Assembly (NCBI RefSeq): GCF_006345805.1 | Contig: NC_043003.1 | Location: 99,944,001 to 100,008,000, forward strand | Direction of reading: 5' to 3' | Source of the DNA: Octopus sinensis | Lineage: Eukaryota | Length of the DNA stretch: 64,000 nucleotides | In this document: positions 11,280 to 26,200 of the stretch, piece by piece | How positions within the stretch are numbered: the first letter of the stretch is position 1 | How the letters are laid out: each line of letters opens with the position of its first letter | The notes under the pieces: generated by a model | Databases searched by the model: none | What the model was told of the DNA's origin: nothing | What the model saw: only the letters and a program-made list of their open reading frames with translations | Made by a program: the position numbers and the translations under genes

Positions 11280-14200
11280 CTGAAAATACAGAAATTGACA
11301 ATGAAAATTTAGATTAATTCTATAGACAATTCCATATATTACCAACATGTCATCATTTTGATTTCTATTTTTACAGCATTAGCACAAGTTGGGTGTCTCA
11401 CAACATTTCACCACTAGTTGTAGTCCTTTGTCATCTGTTCACAACAACAGAAGAAAACCAGTCTATTTTGATAATATGTGTATGTGATGTGATTGTCAAC
11501 ATGTTTTTACAGCTAGTCACCCTTCTTTTCATGAACCACTTTGCAGCATGGATAAATTGCCTTTTATTGTGTCACTATCACTAGAGACATTCTCCCAACA
11601 TCAATAAAGAGTATCCTCTACTCTATGCTGTCTCTACTTGATCTCTCTCTCTCTCTCTCTCTCTCTCTAAGTAACAATTTTAAATTTGGGTATAAGGGCC
11701 ATTCACTGTATTTGGTTACCTAATGCAGTATGGAGGCATATGCCTGGATTTACTTCAGGAATTCTTTTGTGTTTGTAGAGTTTATAAAATATGTGAGAAA
11801 GAAGCATGGAATTCAAGAAACTCATTATTATTCATTATGACTGTTTTGACTGTGCACTGGTGCCTCGCAGGTGATATGTTATACAAGCAGTTGTGGTGCA
11901 TCATAGGTACAGATGTGTCCCACCAGGTAACTTGTCAAAAGGTACTTCAATTTTTAATTGAACTGGAGATTAAAAAAGCAAAACAGAGATTAAAAAACAA
12001 CATACTTCTGACAAGTCACCCAACAAGACACAACAGTACCAATGATGAATCACAACTGCTTGTACAGCATCTCACCTGTGAGGCATCAGTGCATGATGCG
12101 TTGAAACGATTATACTGAATAAATAGTCTCATGAATTCCATTTTCTTACTAGTGTATTGTGTGTGTGTGTGTGTGAGGGTGTCTACATGTGTGTGTATAT
12201 GTGTGCATATGCGTGCGCACAAGTGTACCAACCCATGTCTGTGTGTCTATGTGAGTGTGCATGTCTGTACATGAGTGAATGGATGTCTGTGCCTATTGAC
12301 AGGATCACCAATGTCTGTCAGTATGTATGTGTATTCGTGTGTATGTGTGTGTGAGTGGACACATGTGTGTGTGTCTGTCCAAGCATGTGTGTAAACATAG
12401 GCAGCCACAAGGTCTAAAGACCTGAATCTGACCATGGTGTTATGCTTGACTGCTCTAACCAGACATCAAAAGCTTACACACACTGCAGCCATTCTATCTA
12501 ATGCCCTTCTATATGCACTAGATTCTTAGTAATTTTTATTCTTTATTTTCTAGCAATGATTTCTTGACCACAAATTCAAACACCACCACCCCCCACTCCG
12601 ATTCATGTTAGATGCTTTGTGTCTTTATTCTTTTATTTTCTTCCTAACGAAATCTTTCTCCCTGTAACAAATGAACCTGAATTGCTAGAATCTCCCACCA
12701 CCACCAGCACCATACAGCTTGAAGTGAAATCAAAACATAAATCTGTGAAATCATAAGTCATCTTATCTACCTGAGGAGACTCTTTTGCACTGTGCATTGC
12801 ATCTGGTGTAGTTGCATCATTTCACGCCCACTAGGGAGCAGAGTAGTATGAAGCCAAATCAATTGTTGTGCTAATAAATGCTTCTTGTTACACTCTGCCT
12901 TCCATACTAATCTTTTAAAATAAATATATATATATATTCTTTTACTTATTTCAGTCATTTGACTGCAGCCATGCTGGAGCACCACCTTAAAAGGTTTTTT
13001 AATCAAAGAAATCAACCCCAGAACTTATTCTTTGTAAGCCTAGTACTTATTCTATAGGTCTCTTTTTCCCAAACTGCTAAGTTACAGGGACATAAAAATT
13101 TCAATATTGGTTGTCAAGTGATGGTGGGGGGAACAAACACAGACACAAAACACACACACATATATATAAATATATATATTTCCGTATGTGTAAAGTAACA
13201 GTTTTAGAAAAAAAACCCATTAGTTTCCTATCTAGCATGAACTGGGCATATCTTCAGTTACTCTAACTATTCTCTGCAGAGAATGTTTCTTAAAACATAA
13301 GAACACTGGTGATAGTTGAAGAAATATTCTTCTGAAAAATTTATGGCCAGGAAAGTTGTCTTCCTTCACTTGACAGCTAGGTTTTCCAGTTTTGAAGTAA
13401 AAATTTCCGTAAACATGGACAACTCCTCGTGGCTTCTTTCCTGGAGTTCAGGTAGCCTCCTGGCTCATGTGAGTTCATAAGGATTATATATTTTTCTGCC
13501 ATACAATTTACATAGTCTTGTTCCATTGCAATAGGGTCTACAAGTTTCTAGTAATTTCTACCTGATGCTAAAGAGCATATGATTGTCCTTTAGGCGCCAA
13601 ACATATGCTGCAAGTGTCGATGTGTTGCGTCTCACTGGGACTCTGAAAGAAGATCTGTGGTTGTTCAGGTGAATTTTAAATTTGGATTCACAAGATCTGA
13701 CAAATATTTTAGTGTGTGTCCCTGTATTGGCATTGATGTTACTGATATTTGTGCTGCTCCTGTTTGAGGCTACTTTTGCATGGTATGCAAGTGAAACAGA
13801 CTAGATTGTCATGGCTTCATCAATAGATATGAGGATTGAGACATTTCCATTATTCAATGTTTATAAGGACTCTCTTCAAAGAGATAAAGCATGTCTGGAA
13901 TGAGGTGTCTATGTTGCATGTGGATCACAGTGTGTATGGACAATCAAGGAGTGACAGGCATTATCACCCACATAGCAGTGTGTGAGTTGGTTAAAATAAA
14001 TCCCAGGTGTACTAATTTACACAAAGAATAGTGTGGGAGATGTAAACAAACATGGAGTATATCATAGTCAACAGAGTCAAATAGAACTCACCCTAAGCTG
14101 CAATGGAATGGTCTGAGAATAGTTTCTGACCTAAGATAGATGGCACCCTTAGGTAGACCATTTAGCTAAGAGGTTTTCCTGTTAAACAAGGCTTTGCTGA

Positions 14201-17200
14201 TGTCAAAGTGTAATGCCTTTTTGCCAAAATTCTCCAGAGTAACAGAACACAATATATGTAGAAGAGCAAAGTTTTCGGTAGTTCTTGTTATATACAGACA
14301 ATACTGGCAGTCACGAAAGAGGATAAATAGGATTTTTTAACAATTATTTCCATCATTTTTTAGGTGTTAGGAAGAAAGAAGATTGAGTGGTCAGAGAGGT
14401 TGCCTCTTTGAGAATGGGGTATAACAGTGTGCCTGTAGATTAGGCAAAGACATCTCTGTATCACACAGTTTAACTCTTTTGTTACCATATCTCTGTTGAG
14501 ATACACTACCTTTGTTTCAATTAATTTTGAAAATGATGAAGAATTCAATAAAATACCTCCTCATTAAACTGGTGTCTAGAATGTGACACAAAATTTTGAT
14601 GGCTGGTTCTAATTTAGATAACTTTAAAATGAGATGGTCTCAGGGATGTTGATATCAAAAGAGTAAAGGTTACCAAAATAGACCATTTTAGTACTGGCCA
14701 CCTTTTTGAGTAGAAGTGATTAAAGAAATTTTTACATATGACACCCGATGAGACTGGTAGAGTAGAGCAGGGGAGTTTGAGAGTAGTTCTGCTGTGTATA
14801 GGTAGATCATCATCATCATCATTTAATGTCTGTTTTCCATGCTGGCATGGGTTAGATAGTCTGACTATAACTAATAAACAGGATCCAGTCTGTTTTGGTT
14901 TGATTTCTATGGCTGGATGCCCTTCCTATTGCCAACCACTCCACAGAGTGTACCAGGTACCTTTAATGTGCCGCCAGCATGGGTGCTTTTTATGTGTCAC
15001 TGGCACAGGTGCCTTTTACATATCACTGGCACTAGCCATGATTATGATTTCACTAAGCATGACATGTCTTCTCAAGCACAGCAAATCACTTACCAACTTG
15101 AAATCAGAATTTTATGCTAAATTTCAGTAGAAAAAATACCAAAAAAATGCTAAAGATTAATTATATCAAAAAGCTTAATTTTTATTTACATTTTTACTTA
15201 CTTTCTTTAATTCTATTCAGCATTGAGAAATAATTTCTTGAATTTCACTGATTTGATTAGTTTCAGCTGCAGTGCCTAGGTCTTGACTTCTGTATACATT
15301 CAAGGTCCCAATCTTGTTAATATGTGTTTTAGTATATAGAAGTTTTTGCAACATTTGCCATATTTTTTCAGGCCATATTAATCTAAGCATAAAAAGATGC
15401 ACTTTGTTTTTCAATTTTGATTTGATTACATCCATACTACTGAACTACCATTCAACCTCTGCATTTAAGTTTGGCAATGTCAAAATTTACAACATCTCTA
15501 AACGGATTTCCTCCAATCTTTATATTCCAAGATTTCCAGCCAGACATATTTGTCCATTTAACTAAATGAATGCTATTAAACTGAATTTCAATTGAAGCAA
15601 CTTTTTCTTCATCTAAATGCATTGCTTCAAAGACAAGTAAAATTGGCTCTTTGAAATGCTGCAAAATATTCTCTACTGAAAAACCTTTGATATTCCTCAG
15701 TACATTAATATTTTCTGGCAAACGGTGCTTGAGCTCTTTATAAAGGCAGAGTAAAAATTGTTGTGCTCTTTTGCGATTATTATTTTCTTCATTGGCTGTC
15801 ACATTGTTCTTGATAATCATTTCTGCTATCTTTCTCTTGAACCTGTAGCCTAAATTTGTTGATTGGGATCCAGAAATTTTTCAATAGAAGCATCAGGATC
15901 AAGAGGATGAATTCTACATGTTGGCAACACTATCATATTAGCAACAGATTTGATCAAATTTGAAAGATCAAAAGTAATTTTGTTTTGTCGACAGTGTTTG
16001 ATTCAAACAGTTTATTCACTTCCTGAACATGTTTTAAAATTGGATGCAAAAATAAAAGGAAAAGTTCAATTCTGGAATCACAAAACATTTAATGCTATAA
16101 AGCATTTTTCTTTTGTAGTTTTAACTTGGAAGTGAGTTTGCAATTCAAACCATTGTTTTAAAATTCTATTTACAGCCACCTGGTTATCAAGGTAAAGTTG
16201 TTTGTAGGCACTTTGCCTTGTTGAAGAATGAGAGAACCAGTTATAGGTTTCAGATACTAAAAATTCTAAATTTATGGGCAGGCATTCAGCACAAGTGTGG
16301 GATACTGCCAACTGTAAAGAATGACATACACATCTAAATAGAAGTAATGATGGAATTTCTTTTAATTTCTGGAAAACACTATTGTTGATTCCTATCATTA
16401 CTCTAGCATTGTCGGTTCTTATAGCTAGTAAATTTTTATATCTAATTCCTTTTTCGCTAATTCAATTTTTAAGACATCTACAATGCCATCTGCATTACAC
16501 GTTTCTAAAGATACCATACTGAGATATGTATGTACCACTTTTTTGTGAGTGTCACTGTAATATATAACTATTCCTAACAACTTGGTTATCGATATATCAT
16601 TGGATTCATTTAATAACAGGCTAAATTTTCTATCTCCTATATCAGAAATCAAATCTCCATCAAAATATGGAGCTAGAACATTTCTTACAATATTTGCACA
16701 TTTTGTATGATGCAACTTCACTTTGGACATAATATCACTATCAAACATATAATTCTTACATAACTCTATTAAGTGATCACAGCTATTAAATGATGAGTGG
16801 CAACAAATAAGCATTGCTAAATTTGCTTCAAGCATAGATGTCTTATGATATTCGGTTTTAATAAAATTGGTAAGAGGTATCGTTTGCTGTGGAGTCGATG
16901 CCTTATGTTTCTTTGCTTCACAGTGGCTTACTAAAAGAGAATATTTTGCCAACATATTACATCTACAATATCTGCAATGTGCTTTAGATTGGTCACTAGG
17001 TACTTCACACAACCACTTAGTAAATGCTGGCATCTTAAGCCATTCCTTTCAGAATTTTTGTTGGTACAACTTTGTTTCTTCTTTGCTCATTATAATGTAG
17101 TGGGAAGCAAGAAAATAAATTGAATGATTAATAAAAAATATAAAATTGAAAGCACAACTTATCAGTTTGCCGTTAACAATTCTTATGTTTGCTGCTTACA

Positions 17201-20200
17201 AATTCTTGAGGTGAAGAATACTGATTCAGGATGCAGGGTGGCCAACTTACAAATGGAAAAGTAAAATCTGCAGAAATCCTAAAACTGTGTTCTGATATAA
17301 ACCTGGGAACATCAGATTTTGCTTCCAATCTTACATTTAATATCTATTGGTAAAACCACAAATGTAACTACAATACTTGAAAAAAAAAAGTAAGTAGAAA
17401 TATAAAGGGGGAGACCCCTGCCACCCCTGTACTTCTATACAAGATATATAATCCAAAACAAGCATGAAAAAGCACAGGTCTATTTTAAAACAGTCAAACT
17501 GAAGGTAAATCAGTCAACCTGTCATGGTAAAAACTCATCACTACAGAATAAAGCATTGTTAGGATGAATTTCCATGCTTTCATTCTTTGCAACATATTTA
17601 CATTATTGTGTAGTGAGTTCAGGTGCTGACACGAGTTATCTTCTCCCCCATCCCCACCAGCACCATTCTGCATCTAAGCCGGGGGGGGGGGCTGGAAAAG
17701 TTCATAACTTGATAAACTTCCTTTTGATAAACTTTTATTTGAAGTTTCATGAAAATGAAAGAAAAATTCAACAATAGCCAACGGTACTAAAATTTAGCTG
17801 TAAGATACTTTAACAAAAGTAGAAAAGGAGGAAAAAGAATAAAAAAGGGTAACTATTGTGGAAATGTCATGATCAGAGAAAAATGCTAAAAAAATGCTAG
17901 ATAAAATTTAAAACCTGCTATTTTCCTTGCTAAATGCTAGATTCAAAAATTTTCTGCTGAATGCTGAAAGAAATGCTAGATCTAGCATAAAATATGCTAA
18001 ATTGCCAACCCTCTCGGTTACTTGTGATCACTTCCATGAGACTCAACATCCGAAAATCATATACCACCTCATCCCACATCTTTTTAAGTCTACTTCTGCA
18101 AAGTACAATAAGAAGCAAAGGCGTAGTAAATGTTATGGCTTTTTTTAACAGCCTTGCTTCTTACAGAACCATCTTGGTTGAAAAATGTGTGTAGAAGAAC
18201 TTTATAAAGTTGGCAAAGGATCTGTTGCAATTTAAGATGAGTTTACAAGCATCTTTTCCATTCTTGAAGTTTATTTTACAGACAATATATAAGTAATGTT
18301 AAGTGAGTTCTTGCAGATTTTGTGAACAGTGTTTCTTTACAAACACTACATCAGCACAACCAATTGTGAATGACTTGTGGAATAAGAGCATTGGTCATGT
18401 GAGGGATGTGGAGAAACATTTAGGGATATGAAACCATCCATAGACACACAATCACACAAAATATCAGTCAAAATGACAAAATGAGATGAAACTATGTTGA
18501 TATTATTTGCATAAAAAAATCAAAAATGAAGAGTGTGATTTGTGATGGTGAAAGCCTAAAGGGTGGCATTAGAGTCTAAATACTGCAAATTCTCATCACT
18601 GTTTAATGTCCACTTTTCCATGCTTGCATGGGTCAGATGAAGTTTATTAAGGCACATTTTTTTAACTAGAATCCCTTTCTGTCAACAACCCTCACTTCAT
18701 TTTTGATTTTTTTATGCAAATAATATCAACAAATAGTTTCCTCTCATTTTCATCAATGAAAAACATTGTTTGTATGTTGTTTATATTTAAAATAAATAAA
18801 CAAAAATCTGTGAAACTGAGAGAGAAAGAGAGAGAGAGATGGCAAAAAAAGGAGACAGTACTCACCTAATCTCTTGGAATAGGCATCCAGTCGGTAGGCT
18901 GCTTGCTCCAGATTACTAACACTCTCTTCTATTTGGTCTATTTGATCCAGGTATGGTTGTAGACTGCGATCTGTAGAGAAAATGAAGACATTGTAATAAA
19001 CACTGTGCTGCCTAGTCTAGTCCAACATACTCTGCCATATATGCGGTATCTATGGCAACATTTTATACAACATTGATACACAAACTAAAGGCACTTATTA
19101 TGAAACAACAGTTATGATTATGTATAATTACACAAATGTCTGTGTGTTTACAATGTTCACTTCACAACCATGTGGTTCAGGGTTTGATCTCATTATGTGA
19201 CACTTTTTGTAGATGTTAGCTATCATAGCTTCAGCTGAGTGAAAATTGGATGGATACATATTCTATACACACACAGTGTGTGGGGGTGTGTGTGTGCACA
19301 CACACGCACATGCAGAAATGGATGTGCGGTTAAGAACTTTGCTTCCCATCTATGTAGTTTTATGTTCAGTCCTACTACATAGTACTTTGGCCAAGTGTCG
19401 ATCAAAAACTTGTGAGTAGATTTGGTAGATGAAAACTGAAAGCAACCCATCACGCATACATGCATGTGTCTATGTCCATCTTGTCCTGACATTGCATGAC
19501 CTTTGTAAACAAGCATCACTGACATACAGGGTCTTTCATTTCCAATCTTCATGAAAACATGTCTGGCCATGGAGAATATATTACCTTGCTTGAAAACAGG
19601 TGGAGTTCTGGAAATAGGAAGGGCATCCAGCTGTAGAAAAGCTATTGGTCAACTCAAGACTAGAGTAAATTATAATAAAAGACACTTCAGCAAGAACTTA
19701 TGCTTTGTTGCTTTAAAGTAATAGCTGTGCATTCTAACATAATTACATGCTGAACGTGATTGAGTGTACACATTGAGAATTGAGAATTTCAGGGTTTTTT
19801 TTAGCAACTTTATAAAGCTTTGCATATGAATCACCTTTCAGATGAAATGCAACAGTTTCTATGGCAAAAAGAACCATTTCCTCTCATTCACAAAAGCTAC
19901 ATGACATTCCACTACCTGATGTGTTGGAGGAAAGTGAATTGTCATCTGACAGTAATGATAGTAATGAGTGTTACACACTAAACATTGAGAGCAAAGCAGA
20001 GGAGTTGAAGAATCAAATAAATATGCTATTCAATGTAACTCTAATATGCCACTAAATTTGGCCAGAGCTGAGCTGGAACAATTTTTTGGAATTTTTTATA
20101 CAATAAACCTAGTCGAGATACCCAGTACAAGAAAGTAATACAGCAAAGTTCAATTGCCAGTGTCATGACTGTAAATCATTTTGAAAAAATTAAGATTTTA

Positions 20201-23200
20201 CACTACAATGACAATCTGACTTGTCCTCAAAACTGTACAGATAGATTATACAAAGTTAGACTGGTTGTTGACTCATTGACAAAGAAGTTTGCAGAAATTA
20301 AGTTATGTATTGACAAGCATAGGCTTCCTTTCAATGGTAAATCTGGAATCAAGCAATCAGAAATCAAAAAAGTGGGATCATAAGCTGTATGTGTTGTCAG
20401 GAATAGATGGACTTATCCACAATGTTGAAGTCTACACTGGTGCAATTGGAACCTGGAAATATTGTGATAATTTTGCGGCAAAATATACCAGGAAAAAAAT
20501 GTCACAAACTGTATTTCAACAATTGGTATACAGACGATCCTGTAAAGACCTTAATGAACAAGGTATAGCTTGTGTTGGTTCATGTACTTGGTTGTAAACC
20601 ATCATCAGTTGCAGCAGTAAAGAAAATTTGCAGGTCTGTTGAAGTATGGATGACCAATTTTAATTGTGTGGAGTTAACATGAAGTAAAATGGTTTGATAA
20701 CCATGGTTGTCAACCTCTGTTGTCAACATATGAATTAGTCAATCCAACCCTTGAAATCTCCAGATTTGAGAGAAAAGAAATGTATCACATAACCATCCCA
20801 TATCCTTTAATTGTTAACACATACAATAAATTTATGGGCAGGATAGACTTACTGGGTGGATTATTTACTAAGCCTTTACAGAATCCATATTCAATCAAAA
20901 AAATTGTACCACAGACTCATTTTCCACTTTCTCAATATGATTGTGATATAATCAAGGTTTTTATTCCAATGTAATGAACCGGAGAATACATAAAGCATAA
21001 AGCTTAGAGATTTCAAAATGAATATTTCTGAGTCACTCATGGGATCAGGTAAATCAAGGTCACCCAAAAGTAGATGCCCATCACTAAGTGAGGTGAAAAA
21101 GCAAATACTGGCCAAAAAGTCCAGAGGACTCACAGCTTCAACACCAAATGGGTCAATCTGCATGGATAGTGTAGATCAATGGCCCTAGTTCATGGAAGGT
21201 AGCAAGAAGGGCAAATGCAAGAATCCAGGTTATGAGTCTATTATAAGGGTTAGCTGTGGTAAATGTGATATTAACCTTTGTCATACTGTGTAATCAAACT
21301 ATTTCAAGCACTTTCACACTGAAAAACGTTTCTTAGGAGCTACAGTTCTTTTGTTTTCTTATATATCAAATAAACACTTTTTTATTGTTATTGTTGTTTT
21401 TAGATAGCCTTGATATGATAATAAATTACATATCAAATAATTACATGTTTTTATTTACCTTCTTTACAGATTGTTGCTTTAATTTAACAATGCCCAAATA
21501 TTAAACTTACTTAAAAATTTGCAATAATTCACTTTTCAGCGATGGATTTTTAGTCTTTCAGTAAAAATAATTATTTTGTATCAATCTTTCATTATTCATC
21601 ATAGAACCATGCCTATGCCTAATAAATAACTATGATGATGATGATTTCTATTCTAGGCACAAAGCCACAAATTTTGAAAAATAGGTGAAGTCAGTCAAAT
21701 GAATCCCAGTAATTGAGTGAAACATATTTTATCTCCCCAAGAAAGATAAAAAGTTGTTTTAACCATGGCAGTATTTGAACTCAGAACATGAAGTGACTAT
21801 CAACAAATACTGCTTTACCAATTCTGCCATCAACTACCCTTAACATTGATAATAATAATGCTTTCTAACACAGGCAGGAGGAAACTGATTTATAGGGGAT
21901 GGGCAGGATACATTTTACCATTGTCCCAAGCCCTTGACAAGAACCTATTTTACTGGTCCTGGAGGTTGAGTGGTAATTTCACTTCTGACAGAACATAAGA
22001 TGTAACTAAATACCATGACATTTGATCTACTGATAATACTATCTACCACAGTAGTGGTGATGGTGATGATGATGATGAAGATGACAATGGTAGTGGTGGT
22101 GATGATGATAGTGTTTAGGTTGATAATGATCAACATTGGGCCTCACAGATAAGACAACAACAGACTGAGACAAGAGTTGGTAGACAACATAACAGACCCA
22201 TCCAATCTACACCATCACAGTAAAACAAACACTAACACAAGCTTGACAAAGGTGACAACAACAAGGATCAACCAGAGTAATTCAAATAAATTGAATGACA
22301 GATAACCAAAAAATGTTTCAACGCAAGACATTTTGAACAGAAGAAATACAAAGTGTACAAGAAGCATGATAGTGGATGTGGCAGACAAGCCACGGATACT
22401 CACATTTGTCATCCAGTTCAACCATGGCACGACTGATATTCATGGCAATATGTTTCATCTCAGAATATTTATTGATCGTCACTTGATTCATCTGCTCCAA
22501 AAGTTTGTACTCCTCAGCAGTCCCTACAGATAAAACAACACTACATATATCACAGTAGAGATAAAGCAAAGATATGTTTTTATTGCTCAGCAGTTACTAC
22601 AGATAATCACAGTAGTCCTATACTAAAGATACTCAGTAGGACTTCCTATAGATAAATAATCAATTGATACAGTAATATTTTGTCACACACACAATTGATA
22701 TACACATTAGAGATATATCTTTTACCATAAAATTATGTCTTCACTGTCTTTTGCCTCTGCCCAGCTGAGAATGCCATGTATTTTCTCTTCAGCAAGACAC
22801 CTGTTCCTGTCCCTCTATCATACTTTAACCTCTCATCATCTGGCACAAAGGCACCTCTCTCAATACTACACCCACACTCATTTAAGGTCTTGTGCCAGTG
22901 GCATAAAAAACACTTAGTACTCTCTGTAAAATGGCTAGCATTAGGAAGGATATCCTACCATAGAAATTACATCAAAGCAAACAGAAGCTCAACGCAGTCC
23001 TCTGGTTTGTCAGACTGTCCATCGCATGCCAGCATGAAAAACAGACATTAAATGATATGTGCGAATGTGCATTCCACAGGATTTCTGACAGATAGCCAAC
23101 ATATAAGATAGTGCTATTTCAGTGTTAAGCTGCTACACAATCACTAAAACTATGATTCTAGAAACAGCAGTCAAAATTCCATTAAATCACACCCCACTGT

Positions 23201-26200
23201 CTTTAACAAAGCAGTCATTAAATAATAATCTAGTTTAATATATTCATTCATACCTGAATAAATGGTAGGATGATCACAGCTGGAATGTCTTTGATCATAG
23301 GTCAATTTGATCAAGGTTGACATGAAACTTATCAACAAACAAGAGGATTAGAGGAACAGTTTTTTTTAAATTTTATTTTGAAGGTAGAGTCACTGGAAGA
23401 AAGGCAAAAATGACCTTTTGGCAGGGCCTTCAAGTTTGGCAGCATCAAAAGGGAAAAAAACCTTGATAAAAAGCAGCACAGGATATCAAATTAAAGTCAG
23501 ATTAGAGATCTAATTTAAATACTTGTAACAGAGTGGACCCCACTAAAGGCACCCAAGATCAAGTGTTTAATCTGATGACTGAGTTTACCAAAGACAAACC
23601 AAGCCCATTCAACAGGTTTCTGCAGCTTATATCTACCCAACTTCACGCACACGGGTTGCATTGATCAGGTGTGGTAAAAGACACTTACTCAATAGTGCTG
23701 AGCTGTGGGATCAAAGCTAGAACCACACAAAGACAAAACAAATTTCTTAATCAAATGGCAACTAGAGGAAATGCAGCAAGCTCAAACTGCCATACTGCCC
23801 CATTATCATCTCTTAACATCCATCTTCCACACTGGCATTGTTGGCAGGTTTGAGAGGATCTGATGGGTCCAAGGACTGCATCATGCTTCAATGTTTGCTT
23901 TGGCATGATTTCTATGGCTGGATGTTCTTCCTAATACCAGCTACTTTATAGTGTTTACTGAGTGCTGATTTCATGGCACCAACACTAGTAAGGTCAAAAT
24001 GTAGCTCCCAAGACTAAGATTCCTTTGAACTGATTGGTTCTATAATGGAGAGGGAGCTAGCTTTATACTGGGGAATGAGAGGTTAAAGTATGAATGAAGG
24101 AGCTATGCAGTACAGCCTGCAAGCAGATGGACATGAGGTATATCTGGAGTAATGAATACACTGAGTTGTACTCAGTTGTTTTGATTACATACAGTATAAG
24201 CTATACAATTGTTCAACCAGTCAACCAGAACTTGCACAACAGCAATAACAATCAAATACATATTCTTAATGAAAAAAACTTCTATTCCTTGGCTCTTACA
24301 AATTTACAAGGCCAGTTACATTCATTTAAATTTTGCAATAATACAGGGCTTCTATAGGCCTTTCACATTGTCTGTACCTATCATTAATAACTGCTTTGTT
24401 GATTGCTAAGTTTATTCTTTTCATATAATCAATGTCATCATCATTGTCATCAGCATCATCATTTAATGTCCACTTTTCTATGCTTGCATGAATCAGACGG
24501 AATTTGTTGAGGCAGATTTTCTATCACCAGATACACTTCTTGTTGCCAACCCTTTACCTGTTTCCTAGCAACATTTTCCCAGACATGTTTTTCACAGAAG
24601 ACTGGAAATGAAAAACCTTACTTGTATACATGATATCTAGACAAAATGCACACACATACATACATACACACATATATGTGTGTGTGCATGGTCTACTTGC
24701 TTGGTTAGTGAAGTGATATCATTCAAAAGCTACAAGGAAGCACTGTGACCAGTGATATATTCAATAGTCTGTTTGATACAGTGATATATATGTATATATA
24801 CACTAGCAGTATCGCCCGGCGTTGCTCAGGTTTGTAAGGGAAATAACTATAAAGCATTTTTAGAGAGTTATAGCCAAAAAATAGCAAAAAAATGGAAAAA
24901 AAATGATGGTAAATTTTTTTTTGAGAGTAAAAAAAGGTTGAGTTGCGTCCCCTAGACAGTCTGTGGTTTGTTTTTTTTGATTCTCGACCCCATGTCGAAT
25001 TTATCGATTTTTTTCAGAACTGGGGGAACTTTTCAAAATTTTCGCTGCGTTAGTTTTGAATTATGACATTGAGCTATGTGTGTGTCAAGTTTCATCAGAA
25101 TCGGTTGAAAGCCGTGGTCAGAGTGAGGGTACAAGCAAACAGACACACAGAAACACGCACAGACAAACTGCCGTTTATATAGAGAGAGATATATATATCA
25201 TCATTTAACATCCGCCTTCCATGCTAGCATGTGTGGGATGGTTTCACAAAAGCCAGCCAGGCAGAAGCCTGCACCAGACTTCTGTGACTGTTTTGACAGG
25301 ATTTTTACAGCTGGATGCCCTTCCTAACACCAACTACTCAGCAAAGTGGACTCAGTGCTTTTTATGTGGCACAAACACAGGCAAGATGAGTAGTGCATCT
25401 TATGTGGCACAAACACAGGTGAGGTCAGTTTTAGCAAGGTTTTTACAGCTTGATGCCCTTCCTAACAACACTGCCATGCCTATTTTCAAAAGGTCAAATT
25501 AATCAGACATACCATCTATCAGACAACTTACAGTATAAACAATCATATGTGCACAAACTGTACCTTCAAGTTCACCCCTCAAATAGATTGCGGTTTTACT
25601 CATAGTTTCCTGGCAGAGGCGCACCACATCAGCTGGCGGTTCATCTTTTGATTCTGACAGGTCCTCTACCTTGTTGCTATCTGAAATGAAGGATATTAGA
25701 CAGTCAAGAAACAAAAAAAAAATGTCAACATTTGACAAGCCTATTTCATAAAAATTATCTATGGAACAACATTCCATGTAGCTCCTCTTCAGCAAGAAAC
25801 CTGATCCTCCATGTAGCTCTTCTACAGCATAAAACCTGCACTGTTCTGGCCCTTTCTCTCATACTTTAACAAGGAGACAGCTTCACAGTTAAAGGTAAAG
25901 CATCACAAAGTATAAAGTTGCCTCCCAATCAACTGTAGTTGAAGAGGATCTTAGTTTTATGAGTTACTTGGCAACCTCATTACTGCAGGTGCAATGATAG
26001 AATTACCCAGTACACTCTTTTAAGTGGTTGGTATTAAGAAGGACATCCAGTCTCAAGTAGACATTGGAGCATGATGCAGTCCTTGAATCCTTCTGATTCT
26101 GCCAAAACCTCCAACCCATGCTGGCATGAAACATGGGCGTCAAAGGATGAATTCTTCTTCTGCTGACTCTTGTTTGCAGTAAGAGTAAAAAAAAAACAGT

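Noticed and set aside
11723-12118. 131-aa ORF antisense in BLOC1S2 intron 4
   Set aside because: No recognisable motif or splice support; compatible with chance.
15912-15932. TTGGCAACACTA resembling a hAT terminus
   Set aside because: Lies inside the decayed transposase reading frame; no matching TSD.
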